This document shows, piece after piece, positions 19,701 to 31,108 of a stretch of DNA of 64,000 nt. The position numbers and the translations under genes are program-made. Below the pieces are notes generated by a model that saw only the letters and a list, made by a program, of their open reading frames with translations, was not told where the DNA came from and ran no database searches. How positions within the stretch are numbered: the stretch's first letter is position 1; each line of letters opens with the position of its first letter. This DNA comes from Nemertoderma westbladi (Eukaryota; Animalia; Xenacoelomorpha). Where the stretch lies: assembly GCA_032718475.1 (NCBI GenBank), contig JAUCBJ010004405.1, positions 1 through 64,000 of the forward strand, read 5' to 3'.

Positions 19701-21654
19701 TAGAGAAGGCTTCTCGGTTGTCATCCGCAGTGGTGCGCACCACTGAACAGGCGTTTGAAGGGCTTGAGATTATCCCAAAAGCCTGGATGGTCATCCAGTA
19801 CTCCACCGGTTTCTGGTTGAGGTCTCCTTCAGGCCACCACAGAAATCGTAGGCTATCTCGATCCCTATCCAGCGCCTTGACTTGTAAGAACATGCCTTCT
19901 ATATCTGAGGCGAAAGCGATTGAATATTGTCTTAATCTTAAGAGTATTCCCAACAAGGATTGGAGTAAGTTGGGTCCGGGTAACAATTCGGAATTAAGGG
20001 ATTGGCCCATATAAAGGGCGGAGCCGTCAAACACCACTCGTACCTCATGGGGTTTACCGGGTTTGGGAACGTAATAGTGAGTTAAATAATACTTTCTCTC
20101 AGTTATAGGTGTTTCTTCCGGTACTCGCTCCGCATATCCCTTGCTAATAAATTTCTTCAACTGCGTTTGATACATTTCTTTAGCTGAAGAATTTGCCGTA
20201 AGGCGTCGATGTAGTTGAGCAATTCTTTTCTCTGCCAAGGGTCTGTTGTTTATGAACTTTGGTTCTCGCTTTCGGAAAGGTAGGCCGATTTCATATCTAC
20301 CTTGATCTTTAAGAAAACGTGTAGTTGTCTCTTGGATCTGCTTGGCTCTTTCTTCTTCTACCGATAGGGCCTTATCGTAGGAATTGGGCTCTACAGCCTC
20401 TTGAGTAAAGAATCGTACGGCGTGTTCATCCCGAGTCTTGGCATTATAACGTTCAATGACGTCATTAAGTTCGTCGTTATAGTCGTCTCGTTCTGATGGA
20501 CGAAGGAGCTGACATAAGTTCACTTGGTTTTGCCAAGTCTCGTTTTCCTTAAGGAGATCAATGGTATTCTCCTCGTCGAAGAGTTGGTGGACATCGTCGT
20601 TATCTGAGGAGTATGGTGTTCCCTCAGTTGGATCGTCTAACTCACTGCTCTCAACTTCCCATTCTCTTACTTGATATACCTGATCTTTTGGTAATCTTTC
20701 CATGAGAGTTCTACGGGAAGGGCCAGTAAAGTACCAACCCACTCTAGTTCTTCCCGCATAAGCTTGTAGTGGTTGCGGTTGAGCAGGCCGTTTCTCCAAT
20801 GTCTCGAGCGCTTCATGCGCATTTTGACCGATGAGTATTTGCACTCCAGGGTAATCGGTGGCGAATCTAGGTATTTCAAGCTGCTGGGTGAAATCGTCCT
20901 CATCCCAGTTATAAGGTTCCACTTGGCTGGTAGCGAAGTTCTTTATCGCCACCATCTTTACTGACCTTATACTATGTTCTCCTAGTTCATCCTGGGGGGT
21001 GGACAACGCACCTACATAATAATCCGCTATTACTGTAGATTTCCAAACCTGCATAATTCCTGACATGTTTAGCTTAGTTCGGAACTTGGGTTGTCCATCA
21101 AAGATGTCTTCGGCTAGTTCTTTGTCGATGAATGTTCCTGTACTACCGGAGTCAAGGAGGGCGTTCACTATATAACTCCTTTTAGGTCCGTGGACCCTTA
21201 ACTGTACTACAGGAAATTCTCGGATTCCTACATTGGAAGTTGGCGCTTTCCAAGATGGTTGTCGATCAGAAGTAGTTAGGGTGAGGTCGCTGGCTGTGTC
21301 TTTTTCATACGTAAGTGCTCGATACACTGCGGTATTTATCATGTAACAGGATTCATCTTCGTCGGAGAATTCATCCGTATAGAATCCTTCCATCTCAGAA
21401 CTTTGGTCAGTGTCGTTCACATCACTGAATTGGACATGTAATTCGGAATCACTTACCTGACTCTGGCTGTTTCGCTCGAATTCAGTGTGCAACAAGATAT
21501 GATGTTTCGCACCGCACTTTGCACACCTTGTGTCGGAGTAACAGGTTCGCCGTTGGTGTCCTTGTCTGAGGCAATTATAACACAACCGCTTATCCCACAT
21601 GACTTCCCGTCTATCCGTTAATGATTTCTTTAGGAATTCATCACACACATTCAA
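16783..21654 (-). CDS. pol: Element 2 uninterrupted Zn knuckles-PR-RT-RNaseH-IN polyprotein (1623 aa)
   Basis: CYNC..GH...C, CAKC..KHH.LLH, LLDSGS, IYMDD, FEDAS, NPADIASRG, VDLFGP, SDKGTNF, WERLIRSVK. Confidence 0.96.
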   Translation of the reverse strand: MNVCDEFLKKSLTDRREVMWDKRLCYNCLRQGHQRRTCYSDTRCAKCGAKHHILLHTEFERNSQSQVSDSELHVQFSDVNDTDQSSEMEGFYTDEFSDEDESCYMINTAVYRALTYEKDTASDLTLTTSDRQPSWKAPTSNVGIREFPVVQLRVHGPKRSYIVNALLDSGSTGTFIDKELAEDIFDGQPKFRTKLNMSGIMQVWKSTVIADYYVGALSTPQDELGEHSIRSVKMVAIKNFATSQVEPYNWDEDDFTQQLEIPRFATDYPGVQILIGQNAHEALETLEKRPAQPQPLQAYAGRTRVGWYFTGPSRRTLMERLPKDQVYQVREWEVESSELDDPTEGTPYSSDNDDVHQLFDEENTIDLLKENETWQNQVNLCQLLRPSERDDYNDELNDVIERYNAKTRDEHAVRFFTQEAVEPNSYDKALSVEEERAKQIQETTTRFLKDQGRYEIGLPFRKREPKFINNRPLAEKRIAQLHRRLTANSSAKEMYQTQLKKFISKGYAERVPEETPITERKYYLTHYYVPKPGKPHEVRVVFDGSALYMGQSLNSELLPGPNLLQSLLGILLRLRQYSIAFASDIEGMFLQVKALDRDRDSLRFLWWPEGDLNQKPVEYWMTIQAFGIISSPSNACSVVRTTADDNREAFSKEVIDNIKRDIYMDDNLKSLPSVEEATDVAKGTVECLKRGGFRLTKFTSNSREFLESIPVEDRGAKDLDLIKDDLPETKTLGLKWDTERDILFFQLKQRDNPVRTKRICLSILSTYFDPLGFISPVILIARSLVQQMWLENHSWDNPLKGELLKKWMKWEDSLPAIENFIISRSYFGHVLPTYSYQLHVFEDASDMGIGIVAYLRVETPDGIKVALVTSKALINNKLKVPRAELKAALYATAIGRNVTEQIDYPLEKTVYWTDALLVLEYITNEVCQFSVFVTNRVAIILSRTTMDQWRHCPGTINPADIASRGATPQELVDTPDWLGGPDFLYKEEEEWPPHLTTAEIRQAKGAEKVKPKTRASKSKLFKPMVDLSVLHTSGDDALDQKPTAINKSVVEIREKDWKSGIPDVSQGLLPLLQRAIHHYSSWNRLCKAVTYLKRCFHHHYSGTKTKGDTAPLTSVQVHVVKDLPKYKISDRFLKEKIGYQEHEETNKQMLRLLQCYDDSDKYFLLLRNPQMRLRDRFASTMIDGLIRVGGRLTNAPLSFDTKFPILIRNLEIQVKMIVDVHSKLYHAGRERVLSEIRTRYYFYKPRRALNQVLRNCIPCRKAFSRPLTQREAELPRERVSFYEPPFTNTGVDLFGPIEVYRARTIVKRWCVIFVCMTCRAIHLDMVNDLSTNSFLLSLRQQIARFGTSNTMRSDKGTNFIGANNEIKDYVKDWNQRQVDDQLKVTASSWTFNAADAPWWGGSWERLIRSVKTAFLFIVPCRAYLTDELLRTLMEEIAAYLNERLLMPVSSSPDSLEALTPAHFLLKKPVAMLPQSEITDGDEYCRQTWQLMQLLSRRFADHFEKHYLPTLQLRTKWFAQQENVSAGDMVLIVDADLPRKRWQTGRIIETHISDDGLVRSVELVIMRRNFKKPGIVFETQQLNRPVGRLCLLERDRELSGNYGRQDTLPTTTSLIQQTSRDSPA

Positions 21655-21898
21655 ACGGTGGGGCCCGTCACACAGCGCACATTTTTGGGGTTTTTCTTAC
21701 CTGTTCTCTCCTGTCATTGGTTCGAGACCTGAATTTACTTATGTCTTTGGGCGTTTTGTTGACATAATAAGATCTTTCAGTGTCTTTCCCGCTGTCCTCT
21801 CCTTGAGAAGCCTGGCTTTCGCCGTCGTCGGTATAACACACTGGTGTTACCTTTCTCCTAGAAACGGGTTTCTCACTTACCTTGTTTTCCGGTGTCTT

Positions 21899-22849
21899 CT
21901 ATCTGGACTGCTTTAGGAGCTGTAATTTCACTTCTCCATCTAAGAATGACATGAGATCAGCCATGGTAGGGTCTCGTCGTTGCTGTTCCATCATATATAA
22001 CACTTTCTTATCCCAGCGTGTACCTACTCCACCCTTCGGTAAAGTAGAGGCCACAGCTCCAATAACCATAGAACTCTGATATTCATGAGACTTACCTAGC
22101 CAATCTAATTGTCTACAGATCTCCTGAATCTCATCGGAAAACTCTATAATCCCGCTGCTAATGAATTTTCGGGACGCTACCAATTTTGCATACAAATACC
22201 TAGCTATGTTATTCCTATTACCATACCTGATGTTTAGGGTATCCCAAACTTGTCTTAATCCATCGGGATGTCCAATAAACTTTAACGCCATTAACTTGGG
22301 AGATCCTTCCAAGCACTCGATGAGGAATCTAAGTTTCTCTCCGTTTGATAGCACAGAGTTCTGTATGTTATCTTTGTAATATTCATTAAAAGGTAACCAT
22401 TTCATCTCATCTCCATTGAACTTGACGATCTCTCCCACCTTGACCGCTTGACGGGCTTCGGTTCTAGCCATTTGACGCGTAAAACTTTCTTGGGCCATCG
22501 TGTTATTTAATATCGAGTTATCGGTATATAAATTTCTCGGATTATTATCAAGTCTATATGGGATATCATTGTCAACGGGTTTATAATTACCCTTAATAGG
22601 GTTTACTATAGGAGTTTCCACTTCGCTAGCAGTATAGATGCGTGTAGGCTCCACAACTTGCGCATGAAATACTTCAGACCTAACAGGTTGACACATTGTT
22701 ACAGGGGGTGGTGGTATACCCTTTTGCACCAACGAAATTGCAAACCAAAGAAGAAGTTCAACAGGATTTGGTGGTAATAGATCATTGGCCCACTCCCACT
22801 TGCAAAGAAATTGACCAACCCCCTGTAACTTTACACACAGATAAATCAC
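21899..22849 (-). CDS. gag: Element 2 gag capsid-like region (frameshifted fragment)
   Basis: KFNGDEMKWLPF...EKLRFLIECLEG...LNIRYG; near-identical to 63189-63977. Confidence 0.85.
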   Translation of the reverse strand: MIYLCVKLQGVGQFLCKWEWANDLLPPNPVELLLWFAISLVQKGIPPPPVTMCQPVRSEVFHAQVVEPTRIYTASEVETPIVNPIKGNYKPVDNDIPYRLDNNPRNLYTDNSILNNTMAQESFTRQMARTEARQAVKVGEIVKFNGDEMKWLPFNEYYKDNIQNSVLSNGEKLRFLIECLEGSPKLMALKFIGHPDGLRQVWDTLNIRYGNRNNIARYLYAKLVASRKFISSGIIEFSDEIQEICRQLDWLGKSHEYQSSMVIGAVASTLPKGGVGTRWDKKVLYMMEQQRRDPTMADLMSFLDGEVKLQLLKQSR

Positions 22850-23398
22850 AATGGAACAGGGTTGTGGAGAAACCTTTCAATCAACCCAGGAATAGAATGA
22901 GACACCATACACAACTCCATACCAACCACCCTAAGTAACAAATTTGCTCCCTTGAGAGAAAATTGTGGTCCTCTTTATAATACTCATCTCCAACAGCACC
23001 CAACCAAGAAGCTTCCATCCAATTATCAACCCCAAATGCTGCCTTCTCACAACTCCATGAACAGAGTCCAGAAGCAACTAACCCAAAAGCACCAAGTGCA
23101 TTATGGACCGAATAACCAATCTGTTCCCCACACACCCTCTTATAAAGACAACAGAGCAAATGATCTGTATCCACCAACTAAAAACTATACAAAGCATAAT
23201 CTCACCAACCACCATACAAAGGAAGCTCCCAGAGACAGAAGTTACGTAGAAAGGTTCCAATTGAAGGTCAACTACTTCAATGACCATTCCTTCAAACAAA
23301 CTTCTAATACACACCCTTCGCCAGTACCCTTTAAGCTTAAATATCAAAGCAACAATGAAACCTGTAATTACACCAGAGCCCCCAACCATATTCATACC

Positions 23399-25254
23399 TC
23401 AAACATCAAAACCTGTAACAGTACTTCCATTTTTCTTACTAACATTGACCCAATTATGTTTGAAGAGGATTAATTCTAATTTATCGCGTTCTAACGCGAT
23501 ACTTTGCTGCACTTCTTGCAACTCTAACCTACTCTCTCTAACTGTTCCCTTTAACAGCTGCACAGTCCCCTCCATCTCCTGGACTTGCTGAGAGGAGCGG
23601 GAACGGTGTTCCCTCAGCTGCCCGAGCAGGAGACCCATCTCCCGTCGTCCCTCATCTACCCACTCGACCGCCGAAGCGGGAGGCGCCAACGTTGTAGCGG
23701 GCGGACGAGGGACAACGGGCGACAAATCATTAATATTTCGCTCGGAGTCCAGGACATGAACATTTTCAAGGGTGGTTCTGTGGGGCACAGGTAGCTTAGT
23801 GCTGTGCAGAGGGAATTTAGAGGTAGGTTCAGGGAGTACAGGTGTCTCTATCACCGAAGGGGTGGCTTCGAGAACAGGCCTAATTATTTCAGGCTCATCT
23901 ACTATAGTAGGGAGTCTTTCTCTGTTAATTATTTGGTCTGTGGGTTCTGTACTACCTAAGTTTGTGTTAGTTAGTTGCCTTCTAACAGCTGGGGGCAAAT
24001 CAGGCAATTTCTGACGGTGGGATATTCTTCTACGTCTGCTTAGACGAGATCTATTTCCTCCGCCTTCAGTATCGGTTGTATCGCCTTCCTCAGATGATGT
24101 ATATCCCTGTCTTTTGGGAGTAGATCGACTCATCATCTGCATTTGACTAGCTGTTAACTGTTTATTTATGCAGTCTTGATTCTCTTGAATATTTTCCAAA
24201 TCTAGTTGGGCGATCTCTTCAGACGCTTTCCGTTCTGCTTCTGCCGCTGCTACTGCCGCCTTTCTTTCCGCTTCGGCCGCTGTCACTGCCGCCTTTCTTT
24301 CCGCTTCGGCTGCTGCCGCTGCCGCCTTTCTTTCCGCTTCGGCCGCTGCCACTGCCGCTGCCGCTGCCGCTTTTCTTTCCGCTTCTGCCACTGCCACTGC
24401 TGCTGCCACTGCCGCTGTCTTTCTGTCTTCTATACGTTTTTTCTTTACTTGTTCTTCTTGGACTCTAGCGATGCGGAGGCGTTCATCAAATTTAGCTTGG
24501 TTCGCAGCTCTCATATCCACATCGATTGCGTCCAACACAAGCTTGGCTCCTTCACTATTAGGGCTAAGTCCTTCCAGCCTTCTCCTCAACTCTTCATCAC
24601 CTACAAAGCGTTGATAGTCTGACAAATAGATGTCAATAGCATCCCTCTTACGCGGTTTCTCTGCTGTCGCTTCACTTTCCACTTGGGAAAAGGTAGCGTC
24701 TGTTGATTCTCCAAGGGTTGAGCGCTCATCCAACTGGGATTTCCATGGGGCAGTTCTTTGAACTTGGAGACTCACTCGCTGAAACCAAGTCTTTACGGCA
24801 ACTTGCAACGACGTGTCTTGTCTTCTTTTCAAAGCCTCCTCAAAGGCCGATAAGATTAGTCTGATTCTTAGAATTCTTTCTCGAACTTGATAAAGCAGCT
24901 CTCCCTGCTCTTGAGGTCCTTGGGGTGGTCGAAACAGTTGTTCCTCTAATCTCTCCAAAGAGCTGAAGAAGTATCCACACTACTGGAGCTGTCGGGCCGC
25001 TGAGAAATAAGTTCTCGGCTCGCGGGTTGTTGCTGTTCCGCTGCTTCTTGGTCCCGCTTGACCTGAGCTCGAGTGCCTATGATAGACCTACGATGTTGGA
25101 CTAGCCTAGGGTCTGATACTACTACTGGAGGGATGATCTTTCTTACAGTAGGAGGTGAGTTGAACTTCGGTCTCACACGTTCCACACTCCTGTCTGGGTC
25201 ACAGATGGTCGTATCTAGGAGACTGTCTGACAAGTTTTGCTTTGTGTCAGACAT
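23399..25254 (-). CDS. gag: Element 2 gag N-terminal region (frameshift at ~24950; coiled coil, AAAEAERK repeats)
   Basis: ORFs 24946-25254 (MSDTKQ, cf. MSDKQ of element 1) and 23399-24958 overlap. Confidence 0.8.
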
Positions 25255-26591
25255 GTTTGTTTGTACAGTTGAATGCCTACTGCTATATTACAGTTTAAGC
25301 AAGTCTAGTAATTCAGTATCACCGTTAGCCTAGTAATTAATTACCGATACTGCTACTCAGTGTAGTGTGATATATATATAATATATTAGAATACCGGTAT
25401 GCTTATAGTATATATATAAGTATTATTACAGACTAGGTTTATCACAGAATACCGGTATATAATTTTAGCACAAATATATATAAATATATAATAGGCCTAT
25501 CGTGAATACCGGTATACAGCTTACACTTATAATGTATATATATAAGTATAATTACAGACTAGAATTAATCACAGAATACCGGTATATAATTTAGCCTAAA
25601 TTTATAGAAATAAATATAATAAGCCTATCGCGAATACCGGTATGTCAATTATTTTAAATAATTGAATTTCTGAATTTTTAGGGGTTACTTGGTTACTTTA
25701 CTTACTTTATTACCGTTATTTGAGCAGTAGTCCAACTGATATTAAGACCTAATTGTTGTATGACAGGCCTACTATTTATAAATCGTTTGAGTTGATTTAT
25801 AATATATATACCCGTTAAATGGGTTTTTGTCAATATTTGAAATAAATGTTATTATTTCTGGGGGGAGTCACTACACAGAAGCTGTGCGCTCTCAGTGAAG
25901 CGCTACTTGTTGGACACTAAAACAAATAATTCTAATTTACCTAAGTTACTTAATACTACAAATTACATACAATTCAGTGTAAGATTACAATCTCTAAATA
26001 AACACAAAAATTACACGTACGAATTTTTAGGGTAATTTTACAAGAAGTCTACAAACCAGCCTAACAAAGGGTTAGAATATCTGGTTATTACAACGGACAG
26101 GGTACTATGGTATTTGAAAATAATAAGTAGTAGTAAATATACTGCATTGTCCAGATAGGAAAAATACCACCGTCTGACAACTTATAGCCGTATCGCTATA
26201 AGTACTACGTTATGTATCACGGAGTGTTCCTACCTAGAAGTTAATTACCGCAGTCTACCAGAACCAACGTGCCTATTAACCACTTTACAACACAAATATA
26301 CTGCCTACACACTAATCACCTTCGGAAAGCACTGTACACAAAACCCTAAATTAGGTACAAGTACTTATACAACAAATAATCAGTAGTTAAAAATACTTGA
26401 ACAGCTAAAAGAACCACGGTATCTGCTGGAGTGACCGGGGCACAAAATCACCAGTCTTTACCTACGCCTAGCAGCCCTGATGTAGTACCAGGGTTAATTT
26501 AACTATAACGGTATATATAACAAGCACAATTACTGTAGGAATAAACTTGGGGATATGAATGTTGTGAATAATCGCATAAACTCTGAATAAT

Positions 26592-27165
26592 AAATATTAC
26601 GCTACGCGTACAGACTACTCAAACAAAATGCAGACCAAATACTGACAGACTACTATCAAGCCCAAACAAACTACGGTATATGCAGACTCCGAAATGGTTA
26701 GTTAGTATGCGTTCTAACCGAGTAGTACGACTTATTCTTTCGAGGGGGTTTACCTCACAGCACTGGAAGCCCCTACGTTCCCAACTGGCACTTTATCAGA
26801 CATACACTCTACACACACCGAAATCTCTTCAGACCCAACAACAGCCAGACAACAATCCAGCCTACAAATTATCTAAATAAGAAATATTACGCTACCCGTA
26901 CAGACTACACAAACAAAGTACAAACTAAACGCTGGCAGACTACTATCAAGCCTAAATACACTACAGTATATGCAGACTCCGAAATGGTTAGTTAGTATGC
27001 GTTCTAACCGAGTAGTACGACTTATTCTTTCGAGGGGGTTTACCTCACAGCACTGGAAGCCCCTACTTTCCTAACTAGTACTTTTTCGGACATACGCTCT
27101 ACACACACTACAGTCCCTTCAGACTTAACAACAGTCAGACAACAGTCCAGCCTACAAATTATCTG
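26592..27165. repeat. ~290-bp tandem duplication in the 5' UTR of element 2
   Basis: aaatattacgctac... begins at 26592 and 26882; long identical core. Confidence 0.85.
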
Positions 27166-28342
27166 TACAATCTGAGCAGGCTTACACGCCTTCTGCTCAA
27201 TATTGGCCTACAAATAAATAAAACTGACAGAAATAAGTAAAATCTCAATAAAAAACCAGGGCTGCAGTCCCTGATTAATTATTAAGGCCTACCGGTATAT
27301 AATTATCAAAATCGAATAATACTGCTGTACCTGTACTGCTGTAGGTACCGGTCCGGGTGGTTAGGTAGTCAGGCCTACTAGGTACCGGTTAACCGGTACT
27401 TCAGCTTTATTGCCTACTGCAATACAGAAGCTATATCTGTTATTGTTCACGCTTTCAGACCTTTAGCAGTTTAACCTGCCAAATTGGGATGTCTTCTAGA
27501 TAATAGATCGTCTTTAGCCTATGACAAGTATTTGATACACTACATTAGCCGAAGCCAGTCTATGCGCGATCATTCACCTGCTGGATATACCCGGGAGACT
27601 GGATTCGGAAGCCTAACCGTATTGCGGTGTAGGCCTACTGTATTATTCGACTGATCGTAATATATAATCTCTGACAAATATTATTCACTTTCGGGAAATA
27701 TTAACAGTTCCTTTAGGACATCTACACACACTACAGTCCCTTCAGACTTAACAACAGTCAGACAACAGTCCAGCCTACAAATTATGTGTACAATCTGAGC
27801 AGGCTTACACGCCTTCTGCTCAATATTGGCCTACAAATAAATAAAACTGACAGAAATAAGTAAAATCTCAATAAAAAACCAGGGCTGCAGTCCCTGATTA
27901 ATTATTAAGGCCTACCGGTATATAATTATCAAAATCGAATAATACTGCTGTACCTGTACTGCTGTAGGTACCGGTCCGGGTGGTTAGGTAGTCAGGCCTA
28001 CTAGGTACCGGTTAACCGGTACTTCAGCTTTATTGCCTACTGCAATACAGAAGCTATATCTGTTATTGTTCACGCTTTCAGACCTTTAGCAGTTTAACCT
28101 GCCAAATTGGGATGTCTTCTAGATAATAGATCGTCTTTAGCCTATGACAAGTATTTGATACACTACATTAGCCGAAGCCAGTCTATGCGCGATCATTCAC
28201 CTGCTGGATATACCCGGGAGACTGGATTCGGAAGCCTAACCGTATTGCGGTGTAGGCCTACTGTATTATTCGACTGATCGTAATATATAATCTCTGACAA
28301 ATATTATTCACTTTCGGGAAATATTAACAGTTCCTTTAGGAC
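27098..28342. repeat. 623-bp tandem duplication spanning 5' UTR, primer site and U5 part of the LTR
   Basis: 27098-27719 is repeated at 27721-28342 almost identically. Confidence 0.92.
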
Positions 28343-29242
28343 GTGGCGCTCTAAATATGTAAACAGAGTTATGACTTAAACTAGACACAACGGGATGGCT
28401 ATAGATTCACGTATATGGCGCATTCTTTAGGAGATGCTTTGTTATCAGTCACAATCATACACAATACTGCACAATGCTGCACACCGATCTGCCGACCTTC
28501 ACTAATTTTAGTTACATATAAAGAGAACAACAACCAATACATGTAGGGCCTATGAAATAGCATTAGATTTACTTCAAAACCACTTTAATGTAAGTCGCAA
28601 TCGTTATATGTAACCGGTCTCTCTAACCTTCAGTATATCAAGAAGATTGGGGTGTCTGATTATTGATTGATATTCTCCAATATAATAATATTCCATCAAC
28701 AGATATAATGAATAACCGACAGTAAATAGCAGTAAAATGCGGTGTTTGTAGTTGACAATATGATTAGGTGAGTGAGTAAGATTGTTTAGATAACAGATAT
28801 ACGTTCTATAATTAAGCCTACTAATGTTGGGCTAAAGACTGAAAACACAGAGATTCCGAAGCCGGTCTTCTGGGCTCAGGACAAAATGTAAACATTGACC
28901 CATAATGCATTGCGCGATTTCTCGGAGGTTTCTGTACAAAAAGCAGGAGAATCGCTCTGATTGGTTGACCGAACAAAGAAACACCAGAGAACAAGGAAAA
29001 GCTACACGTGTACAGCTCAGCTGTTAGCTGTCGTCATAGTAACTACACTGTTTCAAGAGGATCTAGCGCATTGCGTCATAGAATTGCTAATTATGTCCGC
29101 TAAAGTACACATACAGAAGAAATGGCTTTTTATGTCCACTAAAACACCAGTACAGTAAGGGTACGGCCTTTTATGCCTGTTAAACCAACTACAGAGTACT
29201 TTACGGGGAAAATAACCGGCTAATTCCGCAAAAGCTTTTACA
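28067..29242 (-). repeat. 5' LTR of element 2 (1176 bp, TGT...ACA)
   Basis: Colinear with 56961-58146 end to end; termini tgttc...tttaca. Confidence 0.92.
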
Positions 29243-31108
29243 GAACCCTTCCACACTGTTTCCTAAAGGAATGCCTGTTCACCACCATGGATGATCTTCC
29301 ACAGTAAACACTTTCACTATGTTTCCTAAAGGAATGCCTGTTCACCGCACCATGGGTGATCTTCCACAGTAAACCCTTCCACTATGTTTCCTAAAGGAAT
29401 GCCTGTTCACCGCACCATGGGTGATCTTCCACAGTAAACCCTTCCACTATGTTTCCTAAAGGAATGCCTGTTCACCACCATGAGTGATCTTATAAAGTGA
29501 ACCCTTCCACACTGTTTCCTAAAGGAATGCCTGTTCACCGCACCATGGGTGATCTTCCACAGTAAAAACCCTTTCACTCTGTTTCGTAAAGGAATGCCTG
29601 TTCACCACCATGGGTGATCATCCACAGTAAACCCTTCCACTCTGTTTCCTAAAGGAATGCCTGTTCACCACCATGGATGATCTTCCACAGTAAACCCTTC
29701 CACTCTGTTTCCTAAAGGGATGCCTGTTCACCGCACCATGGGTGATCTTCCACAGTAAACCCTTCCACTCTGTTTCCTAAAGGAATGCCTGTTCACCACC
29801 ATGGGTGATCTTCTACAGTAAACCCTTCCACTCTGTTTCATAAAGGAATGCCTGTTCACCGCACCATGGGTGATCTTCCACAGTAAACCCTTTCACTCTG
29901 TTTCGTAAAGGAATGCCTGTTCACCACCATGGGTGATCATCCACAGTAAACCCTTCCACTCTGTTTCCTAAAGGAATGCCTGTTCACCACCATGGGTGAT
30001 CATCCACAGTAAACCCTTCCACTCTGTTTCCTAAAGGAATGCCTGTTCACCACCATGGGTGATCTTCCACAGTAAAAACCCTTTCACTCTGTTTCGTAAA
30101 GGAATGCCTGTTCACCACCATGGGTGATCATCCACAGTAAACCCTTCCACTCTGTTTCCTAAAGGAATGCCTGTTCACCACCATGGATGATCTTCCACAG
30201 TAAACCCTTCCACTCTGTTTCCTAAAGGGATGCCTGTTCACCGCACCATGGGTGATCTTCCACAGTAAACCCTTCCACTCTGTTTCCTAAAGGAATGCCT
30301 GTTCACCACCATGGGTGATCTTCTACAGTAAACCCTTCCACTCTGTTTCATAAAGGAATGCCTGTTCACCACCATGAGTGATCTTATAAAGTGAACCCTT
30401 CCACACTGTTTCCTAAAGGAATGCCTGTTCACCGCACCATGGGTGATCTTCCACAGTAAAAACCCTTTCACTCTGTTTCGTAAAGGAATGCCTGTTCACC
30501 ACCATGGGTGATCATCCACAGTAAACCCTTCCACTCTGTTTCCTAAAGGAATGCCTGTTCACCACCATGGATGATCTTCCACAGTAAACCCTTCCACTCT
30601 GTTTCCTAAAGGGATGCCTGTTCACCGCACCATGGGTGATCTTCCACAGTAAACCCTTTCACTCTGTTTCGTAAAGGAATGCCTGTTCACCACCATGGGT
30701 GATCATCCACAGTAAACCCTTCCACTCTGTTTCCTAAAGGAATGCCTGTTCACCACCATGGGTGATCTTCCACAGTAAAAACCCTTTCACTCTGTTTCGT
30801 AAAGGAATGCCTGTTCACCACCATGGGTGATCATCCACAGTAAACCCTTCCACTCTGTTTCCTAAAGGAATGCCTGTTCACCACCATGGATGATCTTCCA
30901 CAGTAAACCCTTCCACTCTGTTTCCTAAAGGGATGCCTGTTCACCGCACCATGGGTGATCTTCCACAGTAAACCCTTCCACTCTGTTTCCTAAAGGAATG
31001 CCTGTTCACCACCATGGGTGATCTTCTACAGTAAACCCTTCCACTCTGTTTCATAAAGGAATGCCTGTTCAACACCATGGGGGATCTTTCACAGTAAACC
31101 CTTCCACC
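29243..31108. repeat. 63-bp satellite/minisatellite array, ~29 copies
   Basis: Unit CACAGTAAACCCTTCCACTCTGTTTCCTAAAGGAATGCCTGTTCACCACCATGGGTGATCTTC with recurring variants. Confidence 0.97.

Larger units (their letters stand above)
16116..29242 (-). mobile_element. BEL/Pao LTR retrotransposon, element 2 (family B); 3' part displaced by element 1
   Basis: Intact pol. 16119-16780 is homologous to 60711-61378 of element 3. LTR 28067-29242 is homologous to 56961-58146. Confidence 0.93.

Noticed and set aside
17555-20964. Plus-strand ORFs overlapping pol (e.g. 19358-20014)
   Set aside because: Antisense shadows of a long coding frame; no independent motifs.
29243-31108. CRISPR-like array or coding repeat (21-aa ORFs)
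   Set aside because: No unique spacers, no cas genes, eukaryotic context; the ORFs are by-products of a 63-bp unit.
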